From Candidatus Rariloculaceae bacterium (GTDB taxonomy: Bacteria; Pseudomonadota; Gammaproteobacteria; Steroidobacterales; Rariloculaceae): 64,000 nucleotides of DNA. The stretch covers positions 27,975-91,974 of the forward strand of contig JBJKYM010000034.1 of NCBI GenBank assembly GCA_045561025.1. The letters are read 5' to 3'. Numbering within the stretch: the stretch's first letter is position 1; each line of letters opens with the position of its first letter. Positions 47,106-55,950 of this stretch are shown here, in pieces. The notes under the pieces are model-generated. The model was not told the origin of the DNA. It did no database searches and saw only the letters and a list, made by a program, of their open reading frames with translations. The translations under genes were made by a program, and so were the position numbers.

Positions 47106-47879
47106 GTGAGAAAAGAATTCCTGTCTGTCACCCTGCTGCTGACGATAGCAGCATGCTCGGCAGCGCACGCACAGCATGGATTGGAAGGTGGAACACCCAT
47201 GACGTTCTTCGTTGCCAGCAAGCCAATCGGTGATGGCGGCAACCTCGGCGGTCTGGCCGGAGCAGACGCACACTGCCAGGCTCTCGCGGAGAATGTGGGT
47301 GCCGGAGACCGAACGTGGCAGGCCTACTTAAGCACGCAGGATCGCCCCGGGGTTCCCGCCGTGAACGCCAGGGATCGCATCGGCTCAGGACCGTGGCACA
47401 ACTTTCACGGTGTATTGATCGCTCGGGATGTTGAACATCTGCAAGGCGACACGATTGAGCTCGCCAGAATGGGCAATAATTTGAATAAGCAGACGGGGCT
47501 GACCGAGAAAGGGCAGATCGTTCCCGGACTGAACGACTACAAGGATTCGCGGGATCGCGACTGGGAGTATGTCCAGACGACGCCCTACAGCAATCGTCAC
47601 GAGATGCTGACCGGCTCACAACTCAACGGAACCGCTTTCCCGCCGGATATGGATTACACCTGTAACAACTGGACCAGTAACGAAGATCCTGATTTCGAAG
47701 CGAACGGACGCCGAATGGGTGCCGCGGTCGACAAGCCGAACGTCCAGATCGGTTTTCCGGACCGCAATGGTGGCGGCGATGGCTCGTGGAACTCGTCCCA
47801 CGGCACACGTGGCTGTAGTCAGACCGCGCTCGTGATGACGCACGGTGTCGGCATGTTCTACTGCTTCGCAATCGATTGA
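47106..47879 (+). CDS. exported DUF1554 / endostatin-like (C-type-lectin-fold) protein, copy 1
   Basis: GTG 47106 with GGTGGAG 6 nt upstream; possible lipobox IAAC. FFVASKPIGDGGNLGGLAGADAHCQALA...W.AYLST...ARDRIG.GPW...TCNNWTS...GC....FYCFAID parallels the endostatin/DUF1554 layout (from memory). Confidence 0.6.
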   Translation: MRKEFLSVTLLLTIAACSAAHAQHGLEGGTPMTFFVASKPIGDGGNLGGLAGADAHCQALAENVGAGDRTWQAYLSTQDRPGVPAVNARDRIGSGPWHNFHGVLIARDVEHLQGDTIELARMGNNLNKQTGLTEKGQIVPGLNDYKDSRDRDWEYVQTTPYSNRHEMLTGSQLNGTAFPPDMDYTCNNWTSNEDPDFEANGRRMGAAVDKPNVQIGFPDRNGGGDGSWNSSHGTRGCSQTALVMTHGVGMFYCFAID

Positions 47880-47887
47880 GCGGGACT

Positions 47888-48619
47888 ATGCGAGTAACAA
47901 TGAAAATTAGATCTATTGGACTGATATTGGCACTGGCTTTCTGTGGTGCCGCCTTCGCGCAGGACCCAGGATTGCCGGATTCGGAAGATATTCCATCTAG
48001 CCTGATGACGTTTTTCGTGACGAGCGAGCCGATAGGCGATGGCGGCAACCTCGGCGGACTGGAAGGTGCCGACGCGCACTGCCAGTTGCTGGCTGCTGCG
48101 GTCGGCGCGGGAGATAAAACCTGGCGTGCCTACCTCAGCACGCAGGCGAGACCGGGACAGCCGGCGGTGAACGCGCGGGATCGTATCGGTGAGGGGCCGT
48201 GGTATCACTCGAAGGCGAAAATTCTGGACTACCTGCAACGTCGACTAAACAGGCCGATCATCTCGTCGGAAATTCACGGCGACACGCTTGAAGAAGCGCA
48301 GCGTGGAAGTAATCTGACGAAAGAGTTCGCACTTACGGAACATGGCGAGATCGTTAACGGTATCGGCGACCCTCTTCCGAGGCGTCATTCCATTCTGGCC
48401 GGGTCCCGGCCAGATGGTCGTGCATTCACCGGAAGCGAAGACCGTACCTGCAACAACTGGACGAGCAACAGTGAGGGGGCGGCGCAGGTAGGTCACTCTG
48501 ACCGCGTCGGTAACGGCAATATCTCCTGGAACTCGTCGCACACGACGACCGGCTGCAGCCAGGAAGAGCTGGTCAGCTGGGGCGGGGTTGGGCTGTTTTA
48601 CTGCTTCGCGATTGACTAG
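47888..48619 (+). CDS. exported DUF1554 / endostatin-like protein, copy 2
   Basis: Tandem paralog with the same Cys framework (ADAHCQ, TCNNWTS, GCS, FYCFAID). The start could be ATG 47888 or 47900. Confidence 0.6.
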   Translation: MRVTMKIRSIGLILALAFCGAAFAQDPGLPDSEDIPSSLMTFFVTSEPIGDGGNLGGLEGADAHCQLLAAAVGAGDKTWRAYLSTQARPGQPAVNARDRIGEGPWYHSKAKILDYLQRRLNRPIISSEIHGDTLEEAQRGSNLTKEFALTEHGEIVNGIGDPLPRRHSILAGSRPDGRAFTGSEDRTCNNWTSNSEGAAQVGHSDRVGNGNISWNSSHTTTGCSQEELVSWGGVGLFYCFAID

Positions 48620-48623
48620 TTCT

Positions 48624-50201
48624 CTAGCGACGGCGCTTGGGCGCAGCTCGGGCAACGAAGTGTTTAACCCCGGGTTGGTCGTCACCGCGGTGGAAAGCGT
48701 CCGCCACGCGTTTGAACTCCATGTCTTCAACTGTCAGTCGCTCGCGTCGCCGCAGATGGTCGAGCCAGCTTGGGTCAACGAAGTGCTCAACGTAGACGCG
48801 CTCGTTGTCGGTGTCCTGGTATAGACCCCATGCAACCGATCCGTTTCGCAGTCGCATGCGTCGAATGTCCCGCATGGCCGCTTCGAACTGTGTTTGTTCT
48901 TCCGGGTCGATCAGATATTCAACATGGACCATGACGGGACCTTGCGGGCCTTCGGACGAGAGTGGGGCGATCGATTCCGGAATCGAAGAAGCCTCCGATT
49001 GATCTAACGGGGTATGTTCTCCCAGTTTCCAGCGGGCCGCGATCAGGTTCGCGACGATACCGGAGACGAGGGCAAGACTTAGCGCGGATGTTGTATCGGT
49101 CGCAGATGCAATCCAGCCCCAGAATGCGCTGCCGATCGCCATGCTGCCCATAAAGGCGGCGATAAAAATAGCCAGGCCCCGCGCCCGCACCCAGGCAGGA
49201 AGTGTAAGCTGCGCCGATATCTGCAGAGTCGACACGACGCTGAGCCATGAAGCGCCGGCGACGAACATGACGATGACCAATGGAATCACGAGACGAATGT
49301 ACGCGAGGCCGAGTACCGCACTTGCCCCCGCGATGACGCCGAAAGCCATGAGTCGGTTCGCGGATATTTTTGAACGCAACCGGGTCAGTGCGAGCCCGGC
49401 CACTACGGCACCGCTGCCCATCGAGGTGACTAACAGGCCATAGGTTTGCGGACCGCCGCCGACTTCCTCTCTGACGATCAGAGGCAGGAAGGCGAACACG
49501 GGGCTCATCATCGTGAAGAATGCGACTGCGCGAATCAGAACAATCTGCAGAGGCGGTGACTGCCGCGCATACTGATACCCCGTACGCAGCGCGCCAAGAA
49601 AGCGTTCCGAGGGCAAAGTACTCCTGGGCTGCGTACTTCGGTAGCCGTACATGACAATGAATATCCCTGCGAAACTGACGGCATTCAGCAGGAATACCGG
49701 CCCGGGCCCGGTTAACGCGATTAAGCCGCCTGCAACGGCGGGTCCGACCGCACGCGTAATATTCATGCCGATGCTGTGAACGGTCACGGCAGCCGTCAAC
49801 TGATCGCGTGGAACGAGATCCGGGATCATAGCGACGAACGCAGGCATCATCATCGCGGTCCCCGTTCCCAGGGCGAACGTGAAGAGTATTAAGGACCATG
49901 GCGTCGTATGACCCGTCACGGTCATCACGCCGATGCTCGCTGCCATTGCGGTCATCCACACCACGGTGGCCAGGATGTACAGGCGCCGATCGACGATATC
50001 TGCCAGGGCACCTGCGGGGAGCGTAAACAGGAATCCCGGCAGAACGACGGAGACCTGGACCAGCGACACCATGAAAGGGTCGGGTGCCAGGTCCGTCATT
50101 AGCCAGCCTGCGCTGACATCGTGCATCCACGTGCCGAGATTCGATACCAGGTTCGCTAACCAGATATTGCGAAACAGCGCTATTTTTAGTGGATTCGGCA
50201 C
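48624..50201 (-). CDS. MFS transporter (MFS_3/EntS-like) with C-terminal ~100-aa soluble extension
   Basis: About 12 TM helices followed by MVHVEYLIDPEEQTQFEAAMRDIRRMRLRNGSVAWGLYQDTDNERVYVEHF.., a ferredoxin-like/ABM-type tail. Confidence 0.85.
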   Translation of the reverse strand: MPNPLKIALFRNIWLANLVSNLGTWMHDVSAGWLMTDLAPDPFMVSLVQVSVVLPGFLFTLPAGALADIVDRRLYILATVVWMTAMAASIGVMTVTGHTTPWSLILFTFALGTGTAMMMPAFVAMIPDLVPRDQLTAAVTVHSIGMNITRAVGPAVAGGLIALTGPGPVFLLNAVSFAGIFIVMYGYRSTQPRSTLPSERFLGALRTGYQYARQSPPLQIVLIRAVAFFTMMSPVFAFLPLIVREEVGGGPQTYGLLVTSMGSGAVVAGLALTRLRSKISANRLMAFGVIAGASAVLGLAYIRLVIPLVIVMFVAGASWLSVVSTLQISAQLTLPAWVRARGLAIFIAAFMGSMAIGSAFWGWIASATDTTSALSLALVSGIVANLIAARWKLGEHTPLDQSEASSIPESIAPLSSEGPQGPVMVHVEYLIDPEEQTQFEAAMRDIRRMRLRNGSVAWGLYQDTDNERVYVEHFVDPSWLDHLRRRERLTVEDMEFKRVADAFHRGDDQPGVKHFVARAAPKRRR

Positions 50202-50230
50202 GGCTCTGCTTCACTCGAATCGTGGTGAGA

Positions 50231-50317
50231 TGGTGCCCAGGGCGAGACTCGAACTCGCACATCCGCAAGGACACGGCGACCTGAACGCCGCGCGTCTACC
50301 AATTCCGCCACCTGGGC
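50231..50317 (-). tRNA. tRNA-Leu (anticodon CAG)
   Basis: 87 nt: GCCCAGGTGGCGGAATTGGTAGACGCG..CGGCG-TTCAGGT-CGCCG..long variable arm..GCGAGTTCGAGTCTCGCCCTGGGCACCA. Close to E. coli tRNA-Leu(CAG). Confidence 0.9.
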
Positions 50318-50474
50318 AAGCGAGGAAGGCGCTCGAATGTACTGACTGACCTCCGCACTGTCAATCAGACTCGCCTGCAGAACGAATTTTGCCCATGCCT
50401 GACAGGAATCAGGTGTAAACTCTGAGGATCATGTCTCCCAACCTTTCCCCCGAGCATCTCGGGAATTCGACGTA

Positions 50475-52664
50475 GTGGCCCGCGGGACACGGCGGACAAA
50501 CCGCAAGCCAGAGCGTCAATACGAGCACCCTATACCTTCAAGGGATGCCATATTGGCTGCGATGGAGAAAGCGGGGCGGCCGCTGAAGCTGGCATCTCTG
50601 GCCTCGCGCCTTGGAATCAAGCACGAGTCGCATCATAAATCCCTCGAGAAACGTCTGCGCGCAATGACGCGTGATGGGCAGCTCCTGCGCAACCGGGCGC
50701 GCGAGTATTGTCTGACTCAGCACCTCGATCTCGTTACCGGTGTAATACAGGCGCATCGCGACGGCTTCGGTTTTCTGCAACCGGATGACGGCTCAGAAGA
50801 CGTCTACCTGGCCGCGCGCGAGATGTCATCGTTGTGGTCCCGGGATCGCGTTGCCGTTCGTGTCACGGTCAGCCCGCGCGGACGGGAAGGACGTCTGGTC
50901 GAAGTGCTGGAGCGCTCCACAACCGAGGTCGTGGGGAAGCTGGTGCGAGAACGCGGCATTCATCTCGTCGTGCCCGAGGGCGAGCCGGGGACACATGTGC
51001 TTATCCCACGTGGTAAATCCGCGGGTGCAAAGGTAGGAGATATTGTTCGCGCGACGATTGTCGAGCACCCGACGGGAAGAACCGACGCAATCGGCGAGGT
51101 CGTTCGCGTCGTTGGCCGTCTCGACGACCCGGGGATCGAGACGGTTGTCGCGATTCTCTCTCATGGCCTTCCTGAGGAGTGGCCCGACGCCGTACAGGAA
51201 CATGTAGCGAAGCTATCTGACAGCGTGCCCGCCTCTGCAAAACGAGATCGCGTCGATTTGCGCAAAGTACCGCTGGTGACGATCGACGGTGCTGACGCAA
51301 AGGACTTCGATGACGCCGTATTCTGCGAGCCGCGCGGTGATGGCTGGCGCCTGATTGTCGCGATTGCGGATGTGAGCTACTACGTCAAGGCCGACTCCGC
51401 GCTGGACCAGGCGGCGCAGTCGCGCGGCACCTCTGTATATTTCCCCGACCGGGTGTTGCCGATGATTCCGGAACCGTTGTCCAACGGGCTCTGTTCTCTG
51501 CGGCCGAACGTCGATCGGCTATGTCTGTGTTGCGAGATGGAAGTGTCGGGCAAAGGCGAAGTGACGCGGTCGAAATTCTACGAAGCTGTGATGCGTTCCG
51601 CTGCGCGACTGACCTACGAAGAAGCAGACCGAATTCTCGCCGGAAAGATCAAGGGGAAGCGTGCCGAATTCAAACGACATCTCGAGCCTCTGCGGGCAGT
51701 CTATGGGGCGTTTTCCGGACGAAGACGTCGTCGGGGCGCGATCGATTTCGATATTCCCCAAACGAAGATCAAGCTCGATGACAGAGGCCGTGTCCAGAGT
51801 GTTCATGCCAGTCGGCGTTTAATAACGCACCAGATCATTGAAGAATGCATGATTGCCGCGAATGTGGAGGCTGCGAAGCGCATCCGCAAGACACGAATTC
51901 CGGGTCTCTATCGCGTACATGATGGTCCGGATCCTGACCGGATCGATGAGCTGATCGTTTTTCTCCAGGGACTTGGGATAAAGTTGTCGTCGCCGAGTAA
52001 CGTCCAGCCCCGAGATCTCAGTCGCGTAATCGAGAAGTCAGCCGGCCGCCCGGAAGAAGAGCTGATTGAAACGGTAATTCTCAAGTGTATGAGTCGCGCT
52101 CACTACCAGCCGCGAAACGTTGGTCACTTCGGGTTAGCGCTGCCCAGCTACGCTCATTTCACTTCTCCGATACGTCGTTATCCTGACCTGCTGATCCACC
52201 GGGCTATCAAGCATTTGTCGAAACATGGAAGGGCGAACGGCTTTCGCTACGCGTTGCCGGAGATGGAGGATTTGGGGCAGCACTGCTCAAGAACGGAGCG
52301 CCGCGCGGACGAAGCCGTCTGGCAAGTCGAGGAGAGGCTGAAGTGTGCTTATCTCGAACAACATGTCGGTGATGAATTCGATGTCCTCGTCTCGAGCGTC
52401 ACACCGTTCGGATTGTTCGTTCGTTTGCCGGAGCTACAGATCGACGGACTTATTCATGTAACCGCGTTACCGCGCGATTACTACCATCCGGTAGCCGGAG
52501 GAACCGAACTGACCGGCGAGCACACGGGTGCGACCTATCGACTGACCGATCAACTCCGGGCGAGATTGGTCAAGGTTGACGTTGAGAATCGTAAAATCGA
52601 CTTCGTGCTTGCTGATGCCGAAATCGATCCCCCCGCCCGCGCCAGGCGACGCCAGCGTGGCTAA
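50475..52664 (+). CDS. rnr: ribonuclease R
   Basis: 729 aa. N-terminal HTH/CSD, RNB domain (..TIDGADAKDFDDAV..), S1 domain, basic tail. Confidence 0.92.
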   Translation: MARGTRRTNRKPERQYEHPIPSRDAILAAMEKAGRPLKLASLASRLGIKHESHHKSLEKRLRAMTRDGQLLRNRAREYCLTQHLDLVTGVIQAHRDGFGFLQPDDGSEDVYLAAREMSSLWSRDRVAVRVTVSPRGREGRLVEVLERSTTEVVGKLVRERGIHLVVPEGEPGTHVLIPRGKSAGAKVGDIVRATIVEHPTGRTDAIGEVVRVVGRLDDPGIETVVAILSHGLPEEWPDAVQEHVAKLSDSVPASAKRDRVDLRKVPLVTIDGADAKDFDDAVFCEPRGDGWRLIVAIADVSYYVKADSALDQAAQSRGTSVYFPDRVLPMIPEPLSNGLCSLRPNVDRLCLCCEMEVSGKGEVTRSKFYEAVMRSAARLTYEEADRILAGKIKGKRAEFKRHLEPLRAVYGAFSGRRRRRGAIDFDIPQTKIKLDDRGRVQSVHASRRLITHQIIEECMIAANVEAAKRIRKTRIPGLYRVHDGPDPDRIDELIVFLQGLGIKLSSPSNVQPRDLSRVIEKSAGRPEEELIETVILKCMSRAHYQPRNVGHFGLALPSYAHFTSPIRRYPDLLIHRAIKHLSKHGRANGFRYALPEMEDLGQHCSRTERRADEAVWQVEERLKCAYLEQHVGDEFDVLVSSVTPFGLFVRLPELQIDGLIHVTALPRDYYHPVAGGTELTGEHTGATYRLTDQLRARLVKVDVENRKIDFVLADAEIDPPARARRRQRG

Positions 52665-53442
52665 GGGCAGGACGGGTGCCGGCAAGCGCTGCGTTTACGG
52701 AGTACACGCGGTAACGGCACTGCTGGACAAACGCCCGGCAGCGATCGTTAGTGTGAAGTTGTTGCGAGGTTCGTCTGCCGGAAAGCTGCCGAAGCTGGCC
52801 CGGGCATTGGAAGCGCTGGATGTCCCCGTCGAGCGGTTGGCACGAGCAGATCTGGACCGGTTGGCTCAGGGCGGTGCCCATCAGGGAGTCGTCGTTGAGA
52901 CGAAAGGAGCCGCGGAGGTTGGTATACGCGAGCTCGAACAGCTCGTAATCGATCGCGGCAGATCGTTTCGAGCGTTGATCCTGGACGGTGTTGACGACCC
53001 CCGGAATCTGGGTGCCTGCCTCCGAACGGCGGATGCGGCGGGTATGGATGCGGTCATTGTGCCGCGCAATCGAGCGGCGAAGCTGACGCCGGTCGCTATT
53101 AAGGCCGCTACCGGAGCGGCGGAGACCGTACGGCTGGTTCGGGTCGCGAACCTGGCTGCGACGATTCACTGGCTGAAGGATGCCGGCGTCTGGATTGTCG
53201 GCGCCTCCGCGGAATCTCCTCGGACTGTCTACGCTGCGAGGCTGGAAACCCCGATAGTCCTGGCCCTGGGCGGTGAGGGACGTGGCCTGCGCCGGTTGAC
53301 GCGAGAACTTTGCGACGAACTGGTCTCGATTCCGATGCAGGGCGTAGTGGAGAGCCTCAATGTCTCCGTGGCTACCGGTGTGCTGCTGTTCGAGCTAGGG
53401 AGGCAGATGGAGACTGGTCGTCCAAGGCGCCACGATGCTTGA
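52657..53442 (+). CDS. rlmB: 23S rRNA (guanosine2251-2'-O)-methyltransferase
   Basis: I prefer GTG 52657, which overlaps the rnr stop by 8 nt. VYGVHAVTALL.. and SpoU motifs (LDGVDDPRNLGACLRTADAAG, SLNVSVATGVLLFE). Confidence 0.88.
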   Translation: MAKGRTGAGKRCVYGVHAVTALLDKRPAAIVSVKLLRGSSAGKLPKLARALEALDVPVERLARADLDRLAQGGAHQGVVVETKGAAEVGIRELEQLVIDRGRSFRALILDGVDDPRNLGACLRTADAAGMDAVIVPRNRAAKLTPVAIKAATGAAETVRLVRVANLAATIHWLKDAGVWIVGASAESPRTVYAARLETPIVLALGGEGRGLRRLTRELCDELVSIPMQGVVESLNVSVATGVLLFELGRQMETGRPRRHDA

Positions 53443-53542
53443 GCTGCCGCCGGCACTCAAGTAGCATTGCCGGCTCGAACAACTAGTCACTCCTTGCCTC
53501 ACCGCTGAAAGTCGGGAGGCTTTAATCCGAAGGGAGCCAACA

Positions 53543-54199
53543 TTGAGACACTACGAAGTCGTGTTTCTGGTCCATCCTGACCAGAGCGAGCAGGTCCCGG
53601 CGATGCTGGAACGCTATCGACGCATGATCGAGGCGGCCGAAGGCAATATCCATCGCGAAGAGGACTGGGGCCGGCGTCAGCTAGCCCACCCGATCCACAA
53701 GGTCCACAAGGCCCATTACCTAATGTTCAATATCGAGTGTAGCAAGCCTGCGCTCGATGAGCTCGTCGGCGCATTCCGCTTCAATGACGCGGTTCTTCGC
53801 TATCTGGTAGTTAAGCGTGAAAAAGCGATTACCGACGCTTCTTTCATGGCCAAGGCCAGAGAGGAAGAGAAGGCGAAAGAAGCCCAGGCGGCGGCTGCGG
53901 AAGAAGCCCGCGTCAAAGCGGCCGAAGTAGCGCGTGCCGCTGCTGCTGAGAAGGCCGCTCAAGCCGAAGCTGAGGCAGCTAAGGCAGCTGAGGCTGAGGC
54001 AGCTGAGGCTGAGGCGGCTGAGCCAGCGGAAGACAGCCCGGCAGCGGAAGCTGAACCGGCCGACGACGCTACGGCAGAAGCGGCAGCCGACGACGTAGCG
54101 CCCGAAGAATCCGCACCGAAGTCTGCGACCGAAGAAGCTGACGAGGAAGCGGCGACTGAAGTAGCGGATGAGTCCGCTGAGAAGAAAGAGGAGAGCTGA
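53543..54199 (+). CDS. rpsF: 30S ribosomal protein S6 with ~115-aa Ala/Glu-rich acidic C-terminal extension
   Basis: TTG start after [28 protein letters not shown].. is canonical S6. The tail from about nt 53852 is AEAxA low complexity. Confidence 0.9.
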   Translation: MRHYEVVFLVHPDQSEQVPAMLERYRRMIEAAEGNIHREEDWGRRQLAHPIHKVHKAHYLMFNIECSKPALDELVGAFRFNDAVLRYLVVKREKAITDASFMAKAREEEKAKEAQAAAAEEARVKAAEVARAAAAEKAAQAEAEAAKAAEAEAAEAEAAEPAEDSPAAEAEPADDATAEAAADDVAPEESAPKSATEEADEEAATEVADESAEKKEES

Positions 54200-54201
54200 G
54201 C

Positions 54202-54426
54202 ATGGCGAGATATTTTCGACGCAAGAAGTTTTGCCGTTTTACCGCTGAAGGGGTCGAAGAGATCGACTATAAGGATCTCACGACGTTGAAGGCCTATGTT
54301 ACGGAAACCGGCAAGATCGTCCCCAGCAGAATCACGGGTACGCGGGCGCACTATCAACGCCAGCTCGCAACGGCGATCAAACGCGCCCGCTTTCTCGCTC
54401 TGCTCCCGTACACCGACCAGCACTAA
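54202..54426 (+). CDS. rpsR: 30S ribosomal protein S18
   Basis: [45 protein letters not shown]. Confidence 0.96.
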   Translation: MARYFRRKKFCRFTAEGVEEIDYKDLTTLKAYVTETGKIVPSRITGTRAHYQRQLATAIKRARFLALLPYTDQH

Positions 54427-54458
54427 CGGGGACGCTCAATACGAGCGGACCTCCCTGG

Positions 54459-55334
54459 ATGAAGGTCTTCGTACAATGGGTATTGCAGCGGCGCTACCGA
54501 CTGATTCTTGTGGCAGTCGCATTCGCGACTGTATTGCCGCTGGTGTCGACAGCGTTACTCGCGCTAGAGACGATTCGTCGTGGCGGAGCGGCCGGTGTCA
54601 CCAGCTCGCTGGGCGCAGCGGCCGGGATAATCGTTCTGGGCGTGCTATCGCCGGCCGATGTCGGCATGCTCTCCTGGCTCGGTACGGCAACCGTCTTCGC
54701 CGGTGTCGCGCTTGGACTACTGGTGCGCGCCGGGAACTCCCTCGCGCTTGCCTTCCAGGGCAGCCTGCTGTTTTGCGCTGTATCCGTTCTCATCGCTCTC
54801 ACCCTGTGGCCGGATCCGAGTGTCCTGATAGGCAGCGCGGTCGAGGAACTGGTCGGCGTATTTCAGGCGAATGGTGCGACAGACGCCCAGCTAGAGATTG
54901 TGCGCAGTTGGAACGCGCTGTTTTTTGGTGTGCTTGCTGCCGTGGTGTTCGCTCAGCTCGTAGCGGCGCTACTGCTCGCCTATTGGTGGAGCGCCTTTGC
55001 AAACTCCGATGGTCAGTTCGGCAGGCAGTTCCGTTCGCTGAAACTGGGCCGCGTGCTGGGAATTCCGGCGACGATACTGATGGCGGTCAGTCTGGTGCTC
55101 GACGCAGCGCTCGTTCAGAATCTGTTTCCGCTGGCATTATTCGGATTCTGGTTTCAGGGGCTGGCGGTGGGTCACGCCTGGGCGCGGGCGAGGCAATGGC
55201 ACCCTTTGGTGTTAGGCATCGCCTATATTCTTTTGGTTACCCCATTGACCGGAGTCATCATACTGGGCTTCGGATCGGTGGGATTAGTAGACAACTGGTT
55301 TGATTTAAGGGCGCCATTGAAGCCAATGGCCTGA
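54459..55334 (+). CDS. polytopic membrane protein (DUF2232-like), conserved rpsR-rplI spacer gene
   Basis: 291 aa with 7 or more hydrophobic helices. A membrane-protein gene occupies the same position in pseudomonads (from memory). Confidence 0.6.
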   Translation: MKVFVQWVLQRRYRLILVAVAFATVLPLVSTALLALETIRRGGAAGVTSSLGAAAGIIVLGVLSPADVGMLSWLGTATVFAGVALGLLVRAGNSLALAFQGSLLFCAVSVLIALTLWPDPSVLIGSAVEELVGVFQANGATDAQLEIVRSWNALFFGVLAAVVFAQLVAALLLAYWWSAFANSDGQFGRQFRSLKLGRVLGIPATILMAVSLVLDAALVQNLFPLALFGFWFQGLAVGHAWARARQWHPLVLGIAYILLVTPLTGVIILGFGSVGLVDNWFDLRAPLKPMA

Positions 55335-55350
55335 GAGGAGAAGGTACGAA

Positions 55351-55899
55351 GTGGAAATCATACTGCTCGAGAAAATTGAGAACGTCGGCGGCGTGGGCGA
55401 CAAGGTCACGGTGAAGCCCGGCTACGGAAGAAATTATTTAATTCCACAGGGCAAGGCAACGCTCGCGACACCCGAGAATATTAAAAAATTCGAATCGCGG
55501 CGTGCCGAACTCGAGGCAAAGGCACATACGGAGTTGGAGGCTGCCCAGGCGCGAGCGAAGCAGATCGAGGGTCAGGTTCTCCGCATAAAGGCGAATGCCG
55601 GTCCCGAAGGAAAGCTGTTCGGCTCGGTTGGAACGCCCGATATATCTGAAGCCTGTGAGGCGCTCGGTTTCTCCATCGAACGAAGCGAAATTCGGCTTCC
55701 TGATGGACCGTTACGAATGGTAGGCGAGCATCAGATCGAGTTCCATTTTCACACCGATTTGAATGTTCCGGTGACGATCTCCGTTGAAGGAGAAGAGGGC
55801 CAGGTCCTGTTTGACCCGGACGCATCCGACGATTCCGTCGACGAAACTGAAGCCTCGGCGAGTGACGAATCAGGCTCCGACGAAGAAGAGGATGCCTGA
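55351..55899 (+). CDS. rplI: 50S ribosomal protein L9 with short acidic C-terminal extension
   Basis: GTG start. MEIILLEKIENVGGVGDKVTVKPGYGRNYLIPQGKA.. is canonical L9. Tail ..DASDDSVDETEASASDESGSDEEEDA. Confidence 0.9.
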   Translation: MEIILLEKIENVGGVGDKVTVKPGYGRNYLIPQGKATLATPENIKKFESRRAELEAKAHTELEAAQARAKQIEGQVLRIKANAGPEGKLFGSVGTPDISEACEALGFSIERSEIRLPDGPLRMVGEHQIEFHFHTDLNVPVTISVEGEEGQVLFDPDASDDSVDETEASASDESGSDEEEDA

Positions 55900-55950
55900 G
55901 CTGAAGCAGAGTTCGATATGCTAAGCTGGTAGAAAATAGAGCCAGCACAG

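Noticed and set aside
47106-48619. C-type-lectin-fold tandem paralogs as possible diversity-generating retroelement targets
   Set aside because: No reverse transcriptase gene is in the window. Differences between the two copies are spread over all bases and over the whole length rather than adenine-specific changes in a C-terminal variable region.
33200-50230. Calling the 17-kb block a mobile genomic island at tRNA-Leu
   Set aside because: I saw no integrase, transposase, conjugation gene or flanking direct repeat, and the composition resembles the core. I report it only as a lineage-specific accessory block.
48919-50274. 451-aa alternative-frame ORF overlapping the MFS gene and running into tRNA-Leu
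   Set aside because: It is an Arg/Gly/Pro-rich shadow frame. It overlaps a tRNA gene, and the MFS frame has clear TM periodicity.
54296-55303. 335-aa + strand ORF overlapping rpsR and the membrane-protein gene
   Set aside because: It is an out-of-frame Arg/Ser-rich shadow. The competing frames encode canonical S18 and a coherent polytopic membrane protein.
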